A DNA stretch of 64,000 nucleotides from Nanobdellota archaeon (lineage in GTDB: Archaea > Nanobdellota > Nanobdellia > Pacearchaeales > GW2011-AR1), in the NCBI GenBank assembly GCA_038045705.1, contig JBBSXO010000002.1, forward strand, positions 11,091 to 75,090, in the 5' to 3' direction. The position numbers and the translations under genes are program-made. Shown in pieces: positions 56,840-63,885 of the stretch. The first letter of the stretch is position 1; each line of letters starts with the position of its first letter. The notes under the pieces were generated by a model, which had not been told where the DNA came from, searched no databases, and was given only the letters and a program-made list of their open reading frames with translations.

Positions 56840-57391
56840 TTAATTAGAAGATAATCCTGATCTTAATTTCATTGCTGTAGCAACATCACCATAAACTACA
56901 AATGTTAGATTATTCATTTTTGTTTTAGCACCGTATTGATCCATAAATCTTCCTATACCTGCTCCAAGCTTAGAAATTGCTTCTTGGGGAGTTTTTTCTA
57001 CTACTCCTGCCATTACACCCATTCTTATAGTTGGGATAAGGATTTTTCCATAATTTTGGCTGTGTGCAGCTTCAAGTCCAGCATAGACTACTTCATCTAG
57101 CGGACTTCTTAAATCATCTACTACAAATACTACATCTCTAAATCCAATTTTTCTATCAGGTCTAGCTCCACCTTTTGCAATTATTGTTTGTAAATTTTGT
57201 AAAGGCATAGCTTTTGAAGCTTGTGAATGATAATGATCTCCAGCTACTCTTTGTATAGCCCCATCAATTCCGCCAAACCACATACCACCAGAATTAATCG
57301 CAGTAATTAAAGCATCAGCTGGTATTTTAGTTATATCTCCATCCACAACATACAAACCAGTTTTACCGATTTTCTTTACCAACCCATCCAT
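56840..57391 (-). CDS. macro-domain protein (ADP-ribose binding/hydrolase fold)
   Basis: VVDGDITKIPADALITAINSGGMWFGGIDGAIQRVAG matches the macro-domain N-terminal signature (GDIT...DAIVNAAN..GGGVDGAI..AAG). Length 183 aa. Confidence 0.75.
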   Translation of the reverse strand: MDGLVKKIGKTGLYVVDGDITKIPADALITAINSGGMWFGGIDGAIQRVAGDHYHSQASKAMPLQNLQTIIAKGGARPDRKIGFRDVVFVVDDLRSPLDEVVYAGLEAAHSQNYGKILIPTIRMGVMAGVVEKTPQEAISKLGAGIGRFMDQYGAKTKMNNLTFVVYGDVATAMKLRSGLSSN

Positions 57392-57393
57392 AA

Positions 57394-57771
57394 TTACTTT
57401 TCTCCAACGATTACATCTTTCTTTTCAAAAGGCTGGAAGTTTCCTCTTCTTGTTTTTACAATTTTTTTCCAACCATTAGATCTCATATTGCTTTGTAAAA
57501 TATCACTATTTGGCACTTCTCTCTTAACATCATCAAGGCTCATAAGTTTCCCAAAATAATGCATTCCAGAACGATTTCTCGGTTCTCCAACAAGAATCTC
57601 TCCATCTTGAGCAACATATTCTTGTCTGTCAAAAAATGCATAACCAAATGCTTCTCTTGGTGTTTGAACTACTGATGGATCTCTTGCTTCAACTTCTTGA
57701 GCAGAACTTTCACTAAAGAAGCTTCCTAGATAAAGGAATTCTACATAATGCTTTAATGTTTCTTTTGCCAT
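57394..57771 (-). CDS. hypothetical protein (first gene of the macro-domain operon)
   Basis: 125 aa. It ends 2 nt before the macro-domain gene start. No motif recognised. Confidence 0.5.
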   Translation of the reverse strand: MAKETLKHYVEFLYLGSFFSESSAQEVEARDPSVVQTPREAFGYAFFDRQEYVAQDGEILVGEPRNRSGMHYFGKLMSLDDVKREVPNSDILQSNMRSNGWKKIVKTRRGNFQPFEKKDVIVGEK

Positions 57772-57835
57772 AATTTTAAAGCTAAATTTAAGTATTTAAA
57801 TGTTTGTATGGTTGTTCTTATTTAGTAACAACTTA

Positions 57836-57846
57836 AGTAAGAGCCA
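57836..57846 (+). repeat. 11-nt direct repeat AGTAAGAGCCA (copy 2)
   Basis: See 55457-55467. Confidence 0.4.
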
Positions 57847-57875
57847 AAGAGAGCCCTTTGAGGCGCTCTGGGAGA

Positions 57876-58032
57876 CATAGAGATACAGAGACCTACTTTT
57901 TTCAATAAATCTCAAATTTAGCGTCGTAAACGCAATTCTCCACCCGCCGAGATCGGGTGGCTTATTCTAGCCATTTTTCTATGGCTTTTTCTGCTTCTGT
58001 TCTCTGGGGAGAAATATTTAAATATCTCAATT
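57876..58032 (+). repeat. noncoding element of about 160 nt, copy 1 (hairpin CCACCCG-n7-CGGGTGG, hairpin AGCCAT-n6-ATGGCT plus T5, then TATA-like TTTAAATATC)
   Basis: It aligns along its length with 60671-60832. The 56-nt core 57952-58007 versus 60746-60801 differs at only about 5 positions. Confidence 0.75.
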
Positions 58033-58046
58033 ACAATAGCATTACC

Positions 58047-58295
58047 ATGGTAATGGATACAATTCAAGTAAGATTAGGACATGGCTTGGTAAAAAAGATT
58101 GACGCACTAGTAGACACTGGCGTTTATTCTAGTAGATCAGATGTACTAAGAGATGCTGTAAGAAGGTTAGTGTTGGATAAACTAATAGGCTTAATTTCCG
58201 ATGAAGGAGATTCTGTTGTTCAAGCTAAGAATTTGAGAAAAAAGTTATCAAAAGAAAAATTTGATTTAAATGAGATAAATAAGTTAGCTGAATGA
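58047..58295 (+). CDS. ribbon-helix-helix (CopG/Arc-type) protein, probable antitoxin or regulator
   Basis: MVMDTIQVRLGHGLVKKIDALVDTGVYSSRSDVLRDAVRRLV is the canonical RHH strand plus two helices. Start chosen at the ATG at 58047, 26 nt from the TATA-like box; the GTG-start extension from 57957 runs through the repeat element. Confidence 0.65.
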   Translation: MVMDTIQVRLGHGLVKKIDALVDTGVYSSRSDVLRDAVRRLVLDKLIGLISDEGDSVVQAKNLRKKLSKEKFDLNEINKLAE

Positions 58296-58766
58296 CTCTT
58301 CTGGTTTTGAAACGTTTACATGTTTTTTTGCGAAAATGATTAAATCTTCATCGCGTGTAATTAATTGTAGATTCAGTCTTTTTGCTATTGCAATATGCAA
58401 GTAATCGTAAAAACTTAGAGTTTCATTTTCTTTCTCCCATTTCCTTGCTAAATCATAATCTCTAGGATCTGTTTTTATAATTTCAATGAAATCAGATTCT
58501 TTAAAAAATTGGTTAACTAACTGAAATCTCTCTTTGAGAGTATAATATAATTCTTTAAGAACAATTGTAGATATAACTATTTTCTCTTGTTTATCCTCAA
58601 TTTTTTCAATGAAATCTTTTGCAAGTTTCCAATATTGTACGCCACTTTTTGGATTAACTTCTTTCTTTAACAAATTTAACCAAATACATGTATCAAGATA
58701 GTATTTCTTTCCCACATAAGTTAAACATTTAATAATTATAAATAACTTTCTCTTTCGTCTCGACAA
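58284..58766 (-). CDS. PIN-domain (VapC-like) nuclease
   Basis: KKYYLDTCIW (first acidic residue), VLKELYY (Glu), FYDYLHIAIA (Asp) and LITRDEDL (Asp) give PIN-like spacing of acidic residues. The true start may be the GTG at 58715 rather than the TTG at 58766. Confidence 0.7.
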   Translation of the reverse strand: MSRRKRKLFIIIKCLTYVGKKYYLDTCIWLNLLKKEVNPKSGVQYWKLAKDFIEKIEDKQEKIVISTIVLKELYYTLKERFQLVNQFFKESDFIEIIKTDPRDYDLARKWEKENETLSFYDYLHIAIAKRLNLQLITRDEDLIIFAKKHVNVSKPEESFS

Positions 58767-58853
58767 GATATATAAATCCTAAGTGTCTTTAAGAATTAAC
58801 AAAATTAAGAACATACTCGATGCTCATCGGATTAGACAAAACTTCCTAGTGCA

Positions 58854-58865
58854 CGGCCCGCGCAT
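58854..58865 (+). repeat. att-like core, copy 3: CGGCCCGCGCAT followed by the inverted repeat GCGCAT-n9-ATGCGA
   Basis: 12-nt exact match to the tRNA-Gly 3' end. It shares CACGGCCCGCGCAT (14 nt) with copy 2. Confidence 0.7.
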
Positions 58866-59061
58866 GGTACCATTATGCGATTTCTAAGAGTAATAAATTG
58901 GCTGAAAAAGATAAGCTAGTTAAGATTAATTAAATGCTATTTTGCGCTATAAGTTACAAAATGTTTACATATAGCTACAAAATAGGTTTATTAATAATAG
59001 ATATCAATACTAAAATGTATTAAAACTTACAAAATATGTAAGAAATAATACCAAATAGCAA

Positions 59062-59070
59062 TATTTATAA
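59062..59070 (+). promoter_or_regulatory. TATA-box-like element upstream of the Fic gene
   Basis: TATTTATAA is centred about 27 nt upstream of the ATG at 59093. Confidence 0.45.
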
Positions 59071-59092
59071 ACTCTAAAACCTTAAGTATATT

Positions 59093-60334
59093 ATGGTAAC
59101 TAAGTATGATGCTTTTGAAATAATTTACAAAAATAGGGCATTGCTTAAACCGATTGAGGTAGTTAAGAAGCTCAATAAAGATGAAAGGGAATATCATATA
59201 ATTCATAGATACTTAAGAGAGTTAGCAAATGAAAATTTATTAGTCAAAAAGAAAGACGGATTTCAAGCAGAGATATCAGAAAAAACGGACCTCTTGTATA
59301 ATCTAATTCTTTATTGCATAAAAAATGGAATAAATTATAATCTTATTTTAGATAAAAACTTTGCGCAATTTATAAGCCAGTCTATACAAAGAGAAGAAAT
59401 TAGTTCTAAGAGCATTAAATTGAATCCTAGAACTATAAAAAAGTATGTCGAGATTTTAGACCGTTATGGTTTAATATTGATAATTTCTGAAAAACCATTA
59501 AGGGCTAAATTATTCTATAATGTCCTTCTTAACAATTTGCTTGTTTATTTTGGGTATAAACACTCTGTAGTTAATGAAAACTCCAGAAATTACATTAGGG
59601 AAATAAAAAAAGAGTTAGAATCCTTTCGAAAGCTAAAGAAGAAAGATGAAGCAAAATATAGAAAGATAGTGAACGAATTTGAGATATCCTTTATTTATCA
59701 TAGCTTATCTCTAGAGGGAAACCCAATAACCCTTCCAGATACGATTAAAATATTAAAAGAAAATTTAGTTCCTGCGAATCTAAAAATAAAGGACGTTGAT
59801 GAAGTTAAAAATTATCAAGAAGCTATGTTTCAAATGCTAAAAGACACAAATGAAAGAAAGCCACTAAGCATACAATCAGTCTTAGATTATCATAGAATTG
59901 CAATGAGACATCAAACATACCTTGCAGGAAGCATTAGAACAATTTCTGTACATATCAAAGGCAATCCAGATTTTAAGACAACCAATGCTGAAAAAATTAA
60001 AGAAGAACTGGATAAGTTATTTGATAGATACAACGAATTCATCAAAAGAAAAAATGTGCCTTTAGAAGAAATATTAAAATTCGCCGTTTATTTTCACAAT
60101 GAGTTTCAGCACATTCATCCATTCATAGATGGAAACAGCAGAACAACCAGATTAATCACATTTCACTTGCTTCAATCCTTAGACATTCCCATTATTGATA
60201 TTCCATTTGGCTTGCTTGATGAATATTTAAGCTCCACGAAAGGCTCAAAGAACAGAGAGGATAGTAAGTTATATCAAAATCTTCAAAAGATAATTTTGTT
60301 TAATCTCAAGAAGATAAATAAGAGATTAGCTTGA
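59093..60334 (+). CDS. Fic-domain protein with an N-terminal wHTH-like region
   Basis: Fic motif HPFIDGNSRTTRL (HxFx[D/E]GNxRxxR) near the C-terminus. 413 aa. Confidence 0.85.
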   Translation: MVTKYDAFEIIYKNRALLKPIEVVKKLNKDEREYHIIHRYLRELANENLLVKKKDGFQAEISEKTDLLYNLILYCIKNGINYNLILDKNFAQFISQSIQREEISSKSIKLNPRTIKKYVEILDRYGLILIISEKPLRAKLFYNVLLNNLLVYFGYKHSVVNENSRNYIREIKKELESFRKLKKKDEAKYRKIVNEFEISFIYHSLSLEGNPITLPDTIKILKENLVPANLKIKDVDEVKNYQEAMFQMLKDTNERKPLSIQSVLDYHRIAMRHQTYLAGSIRTISVHIKGNPDFKTTNAEKIKEELDKLFDRYNEFIKRKNVPLEEILKFAVYFHNEFQHIHPFIDGNSRTTRLITFHLLQSLDIPIIDIPFGLLDEYLSSTKGSKNREDSKLYQNLQKIILFNLKKINKRLA

Positions 60335-60430
60335 CTAAAAGGTTCGTGACAAGTGGTTGGTGCGCATGCAATTCATCCAATCCACGCCTTACCATAAAGT
60401 ATATAAAGTATTAATTTCTTACTTTCTTAC

Positions 60431-60637
60431 ATGGAAATAACTAAAGTCAGTTCAAAAGGTCAAGTAGTAATACCTTCAAAAATAAGGGAAATGTTGGGTC
60501 TAGTGGAAGGCTCAACTGTAGCTTTAGAAGTAATTAATGATATGGCTGTAATAAAAAAGTTAGATGTGGATCTAGTAAGTCAGTTTAAGAACAGCTTGTC
60601 TGATGTTAAGGCTGGTAGAATAAGAAGAGTAGCTTAA
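60431..60637 (+). CDS. AbrB/SpoVT (MazE-like) antitoxin-type protein with no adjacent toxin
   Basis: MEITKVSSKGQVVIPSKIREMLGLVEGSTV is the swapped-hairpin AbrB/SpoVT motif. 68 aa. Confidence 0.75.
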   Translation: MEITKVSSKGQVVIPSKIREMLGLVEGSTVALEVINDMAVIKKLDVDLVSQFKNSLSDVKAGRIRRVA

Positions 60638-60670
60638 TTATTTGATAATCTCTTTTTCATATTATGTATA

Positions 60671-60832
60671 CATATATACAGAGACTGACTCTTTTTAGCA
60701 AAATCGTGAATTTAACGTCGACATTCCATTTCCCCACCAGCGAAAATCGGGTGGCTTATTCCAGCCATTTTTCTATAGCTTTTTCTGCTATGTTCTCTTG
60801 GTGCCCATTAACGATAACTTTAAATATCAATT
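60671..60832 (+). repeat. noncoding element of about 160 nt, copy 2
   Basis: See 57876-58032. It ends in the TATA-like CTTTAAATATC centred about 28 nt upstream of the ATG at 60851. Confidence 0.75.
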
Positions 60833-60850
60833 GATACTAGAAAATATCAG

Positions 60851-61381
60851 ATGAAAATAAAAGATATCAAACAAGCAATTAAGGAGTATTTCTTTGTTAA
60901 TCCTGCTTCTAAGCTTAGAGTCAGAGAAATTGAAAGAACATTAAAACTTTCTCTGCCTTCTGTTATTAGGTACTGCAAAGAATTAGAGCAAGATGGTATT
61001 TTAACAATAAACAAAACTGGAAGTGTTATTTTCTATACTGCAACCAGAAACGAAACCTACTTTTTAGAAAAAAAGCTTTACAATATCAAGCAATTATATG
61101 ATTCTGGGTTAATAGGTTATCTTAAAGTAGAATTAAGCAACCCAGTAATTGTTCTTTTCGGCTCTTATGCAAAAGGAGAAGACACAGAAAATAGCGATGT
61201 TGATTTGTATATAGAAACGCCATCAAAAAAACAAATAAATATTGAAAAATTCAGTAAATTATTACATCGAAAAATCCAATTATTTCAGAATAAAAATCTA
61301 AAAGAAATGACAAACCCGCACCTAGCAAATAATATTATAAACGGTATAACTCTAAATAACCATATTGAGGTCTTCAAATGA
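60851..61381 (+). CDS. wHTH plus minimal nucleotidyltransferase (MNT-type antitoxin)
   Basis: LFGSYAKGEDTENSDVDLYI is the GSxxxGxxxxxSDxD NTase motif. The N-terminus is wHTH-like (REIERTLKLSLPSVIRYCKELEQDGIL). Confidence 0.8.
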   Translation: MKIKDIKQAIKEYFFVNPASKLRVREIERTLKLSLPSVIRYCKELEQDGILTINKTGSVIFYTATRNETYFLEKKLYNIKQLYDSGLIGYLKVELSNPVIVLFGSYAKGEDTENSDVDLYIETPSKKQINIEKFSKLLHRKIQLFQNKNLKEMTNPHLANNIINGITLNNHIEVFK

Positions 61382-61779
61382 AAGAAACAAACTGGAATGA
61401 TTGTTTAATAAATAAAACAGCAAAAAGCATAACTCCTGACATAAACCGAGCAAAGTCACTTATAGAAACTGCAAAAGAAAGAATAAGTCTTATCAAAGAA
61501 ATAAATCAAAAGAACTGCAATTTTGTATTTGAAGATTATTACACATCTTTATTGGAGCTTTTGCAAGCAATAACTTTCAAAAAAGGATTTAATATCATAA
61601 ACCATATATGCTTAGGTTTTTATCTAAGAGATATCCTAAAAAGAGAAGATTTATACTTTCTATTTGATGACCTAAGATTTAAGAGAAACTCTCTCACTTA
61701 TTACGGAAGTAGAATGGATTATGAAACAGCAAAGCAAGCCATAGAAAAATGTAAAAGGCTGATTAATGAGTTGGAATGA
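61378..61779 (+). CDS. HEPN-domain protein (toxin partner of MNT)
   Basis: Overlaps the MNT gene by 4 nt. It is all-helical at 133 aa, with LRFKRNSLTYYG resembling the HEPN Rx4-6H/Y region. Confidence 0.6.
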   Translation: MKETNWNDCLINKTAKSITPDINRAKSLIETAKERISLIKEINQKNCNFVFEDYYTSLLELLQAITFKKGFNIINHICLGFYLRDILKREDLYFLFDDLRFKRNSLTYYGSRMDYETAKQAIEKCKRLINELE

Positions 61780-62044
61780 AATCTATAATAATAGAAGCCC
61801 AGATTGAAGATTTCGCTTAGATATATGTTATGAAATTGTATTAGGGTCTACAAGTGTGAAAAACCCTCTGGAAATACCACAGGACCCTAATGCCTCTGCC
61901 GCACATACCACAAGATATTTAAGCTCTGAATGGGTCTAATTTTTAATAAACTCCATGGAATCTTCACGGACCCCATGATTTTTTTAATTATATTAATTTA
62001 CTAACCAAAAGTCTTATATAACCTTAATTCCTCATAATATTAAC

Positions 62045-62160
62045 ATAATCCCGGGTGATCTTACGGTTGCCCGATGTTTCTTAACCGCAAGATATTTAAT
62101 AGGTCGAAGGTCTTGATTTATTATCTACCCACTAGGTTTGCACTGCAACCCTAGTTTTTT
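62045..62160 (+). ncRNA. candidate small RNA of about 115 nt (two hairpins, oligo-T end)
   Basis: TATA-like TTATATAA at 62014-62021. Hairpin 1 is ATCTTACGGTT-n14-AACCGCAAGAT (62058-62093, 10 of 11 bp). Hairpin 2 spans 62132-62154 (10-bp stem, one mismatch, 3-nt loop) and is followed by TTTTTTGTTTT. There is no ORF. It lies in a 400-nt noncoding spacer. Confidence 0.35.
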
Positions 62161-62178
62161 GTTTTATTATAGCCGTGA

Positions 62179-62598
62179 TTGAATACTATGAATGAATCTA
62201 AAGAGGAATATTTTGTTTTAAGCGAAAGACTTGAAATAGTTAGATGGGCCATTAGTGGAGATTGTGATGACATTGATTGTGATAGATATCTTTACAAGGA
62301 TCTTTTAAGGAAAAAGTATAAGCCTGTTTTAGAACATAATTTTTCTTGTATTAACAAACTGAAAAGAGAGGAAAAAGCTCTTTTAAGAATCCTTAGTGAT
62401 AAAAGGTATAAAAAGTCCCGTTATGAAACCTGTCAGGTCTGTAAAAACTACGCTGATAAGTTAGATGAAAAAAATGAAATTGTTTGTTTTGCTAAAGAAC
62501 TAGGTGATAGAAAAGGTTCAGAAATAAAAACCTTTTTTGTACATAAAAGATGTTACAAGAAAGTTAAATCTCCTAAAGGGTGGAATAAACTAATATAA
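62179..62598 (+). CDS. Cys-rich hypothetical protein
   Basis: TTG-start ORF; the likely ATG start is at 62188 (MNESKEE). CxxC pairs (CQVC, and C...C near the C-terminus) suggest zinc binding. Confidence 0.4.
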   Translation: MNTMNESKEEYFVLSERLEIVRWAISGDCDDIDCDRYLYKDLLRKKYKPVLEHNFSCINKLKREEKALLRILSDKRYKKSRYETCQVCKNYADKLDEKNEIVCFAKELGDRKGSEIKTFFVHKRCYKKVKSPKGWNKLI

Positions 62599-62641
62599 AA
62601 AGGTTTAAATAATATCAATTGATAATATTATCATTAGATAC

Positions 62642-62935
62642 ATGGAAACTCAAGAATTAAAGAAAATGAAATTTAACTTAAATGAAATTATAACGAGAAG
62701 TCCTAGACTAGACACCGTAGTTATGGTAGAACATTTTATCAAAGAGTATAGTGGAGAATATAAAAAAACAGAATTGTTCAATAAACTCCCTAAAAAGATG
62801 ATGTGGGGAACATTTAATGTAATTTTACAATATTTATGGGATAACAATAAAATAGGGATAGATAAAAATGATTATGTTGTTTATATCTGGAATCCTGAAT
62901 TAGTAGAGAAACTTAAAAATAGAAAAGCATATTAA
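62642..62935 (+). CDS. hypothetical small protein (possible wHTH or antitoxin)
   Basis: 97 aa, immediately upstream (5-nt gap) of the RelE-like ORF. Confidence 0.4.
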   Translation: METQELKKMKFNLNEIITRSPRLDTVVMVEHFIKEYSGEYKKTELFNKLPKKMMWGTFNVILQYLWDNNKIGIDKNDYVVYIWNPELVEKLKNRKAY

Positions 62936-62940
62936 ACTTT

Positions 62941-63276
62941 ATGTTGGTTAAACCTGCTAAAGAGCTTAAATTTATAGAGCAAGATATAGAAGATAATTTT
63001 CTTTCTTTACCAAATAATAGTCTTATAAAAAAAGGAATTCAAAGAGCTATTACCAAGCTAAAAGAAAATGTTTTTGCAGGAGAAAATATTCGTAAAGAGC
63101 GAATACCTAAAGAATATATTCAAAAATATTTGATAGATAATTTATGGTGGTATCCACTGCCTGATGCATGGAGATTAGTTTATTCTATTGCAACAAGTAA
63201 ATCAGAAGTATTGGTTACAATTATTGAATATTTTGATCATAAAAATTATGCTAAAAGATTTGGTTACAAATCTTAA
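62941..63276 (+). CDS. RelE/ParE-superfamily-like toxin (tentative)
   Basis: 111 aa. WRLVYSIATSKSEVLVTIIEYFDHKNY resembles the RelE core (yRiiY.i.....v.i..i..H..Y). Confidence 0.45.
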   Translation: MLVKPAKELKFIEQDIEDNFLSLPNNSLIKKGIQRAITKLKENVFAGENIRKERIPKEYIQKYLIDNLWWYPLPDAWRLVYSIATSKSEVLVTIIEYFDHKNYAKRFGYKS

Positions 63277-63279
63277 TTA

Positions 63280-63349
63280 GGTGCGCATGAAAGAATATCC
63301 GTAGGACCCAGTACGGCCCTTGAGCAACTTTCACGTGATATGGGGCAAT
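63280..63349 (+). repeat. spacer element related, in inverted orientation, to the att-like region at 53990-54060
   Basis: GGTGCGCATGAAAGAATATCCGTAGGACCCAGTACGGCCC...CTTTCACGTG compares with the reverse complement of 54059-53990, GGGTGCGCATGAAAGGATACGAAGAGGGGTATGCGCGGGCCGTG.... It has the internal inverted repeat CATGAAAG/CTTTCACG. Confidence 0.5.
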
Positions 63350-63352
63350 TAA

Positions 63353-63691
63353 TTAGAAACCTTCTTCACCAATACTTCTTAAAATTCTTTTGATTTCGTC
63401 AATTACTTTTTGCTGATCTTTCTTATTAGACATTCTTACAAATTTGATTAATAAATCATTTAATTCTTCTTTTTGAAGGACCTTTATTTTGAAACCATTG
63501 GTTATGAAATAGAATCTGTAGTTGTCACGCTTGAGCTCTTTAATCACCATTCCACTTACTTGGCCTACAACTTGGCCTTTATGTGGATTTTGTTCTAATT
63601 CTCTAAATGACTCGAATATTTCTGTTGATTGTTTCTTAAAAATTTTATATATTTCTTCTTCTAGTTTTTTTGTAACTATTACTTTTGCCAT
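63353..63691 (-). CDS. RelE/HigB (Gp49)-like toxin, paralog of 11271-11615
   Basis: The two proteins align end to end (for example GQVSGMVIKELKRDNYRFYFITNGFKIKV...KFVRMSNKKDQQKVIDEIKRIL versus GQVGGIVIKELKYKNFRFYFITDGYKLKV...RFVRMSNKKDQQETINEIKKIL). Confidence 0.6.
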   Translation of the reverse strand: MAKVIVTKKLEEEIYKIFKKQSTEIFESFRELEQNPHKGQVVGQVSGMVIKELKRDNYRFYFITNGFKIKVLQKEELNDLLIKFVRMSNKKDQQKVIDEIKRILRSIGEEGF

Positions 63692-63885
63692 CTTTTTTTA
63701 GAATTCTCTATGGCTTCATCTATCGAAATTGTATCTTCTTCATCCATTAATAAGTCTTGTAATTGTCTTTTCTTAGCACTAGCTATTAATTTTGCAAGTA
63801 TTTGAGAATAAGTTTCTCCTTTATTTCCAAATTCTTTTATTTGATCTTTTATTTCATTACTTAGGGCAATTGTTGTATTTTCCAT
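63679..63885 (-). CDS. putative RHH-like antitoxin, paralog of 11597-11809
   Basis: MENTTIALSNEIKDQIKEFGNKGETYSQILAKLI versus MDITTIQLSKEMKDKLSSFGTKNESYEEILKRIY. Overlaps the toxin gene by 13 nt. Confidence 0.55.
   Translation of the reverse strand: MENTTIALSNEIKDQIKEFGNKGETYSQILAKLIASAKKRQLQDLLMDEEDTISIDEAIENSKKRWQK

Larger units (their letters stand above)
54033..58865. mobile_element. putative integrated element 2 (between att-like copies 2 and 3)
   Basis: It is bounded by direct copies sharing CACGGCCCGCGCAT. It contains a second TrmB-like regulator, the macro-domain operon and RHH/PIN. Coding composition looks GC-richer than the core genome. No integrase is present. Confidence 0.45.

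Noticed and set aside
55457-57846. AGTAAGAGCCA as a proven target-site duplication
   Set aside because: An 11-nt exact match is expected by chance somewhere in 64 kb. The other shared blocks in the two spacers (ACAGAGA(G)CC and GC(A/G)CTCTGGG) occur in a different order. I kept it only as a weak positional observation.
57957-58046. GTG-start N-terminal extension of the RHH ORF
   Set aside because: The extension lies inside the duplicated noncoding element and upstream of the TATA-like box. The ATG at 58047 gives a canonical RHH N-terminus with leaderless spacing.
52547-63349. Classical integron (IntI plus attC array)
   Set aside because: I found no IntI-like gene in the window and could not find canonical attC cores (RYYYAAC / GTTRRRY) in the spacers. 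I report the organisation as integron-like only by analogy.
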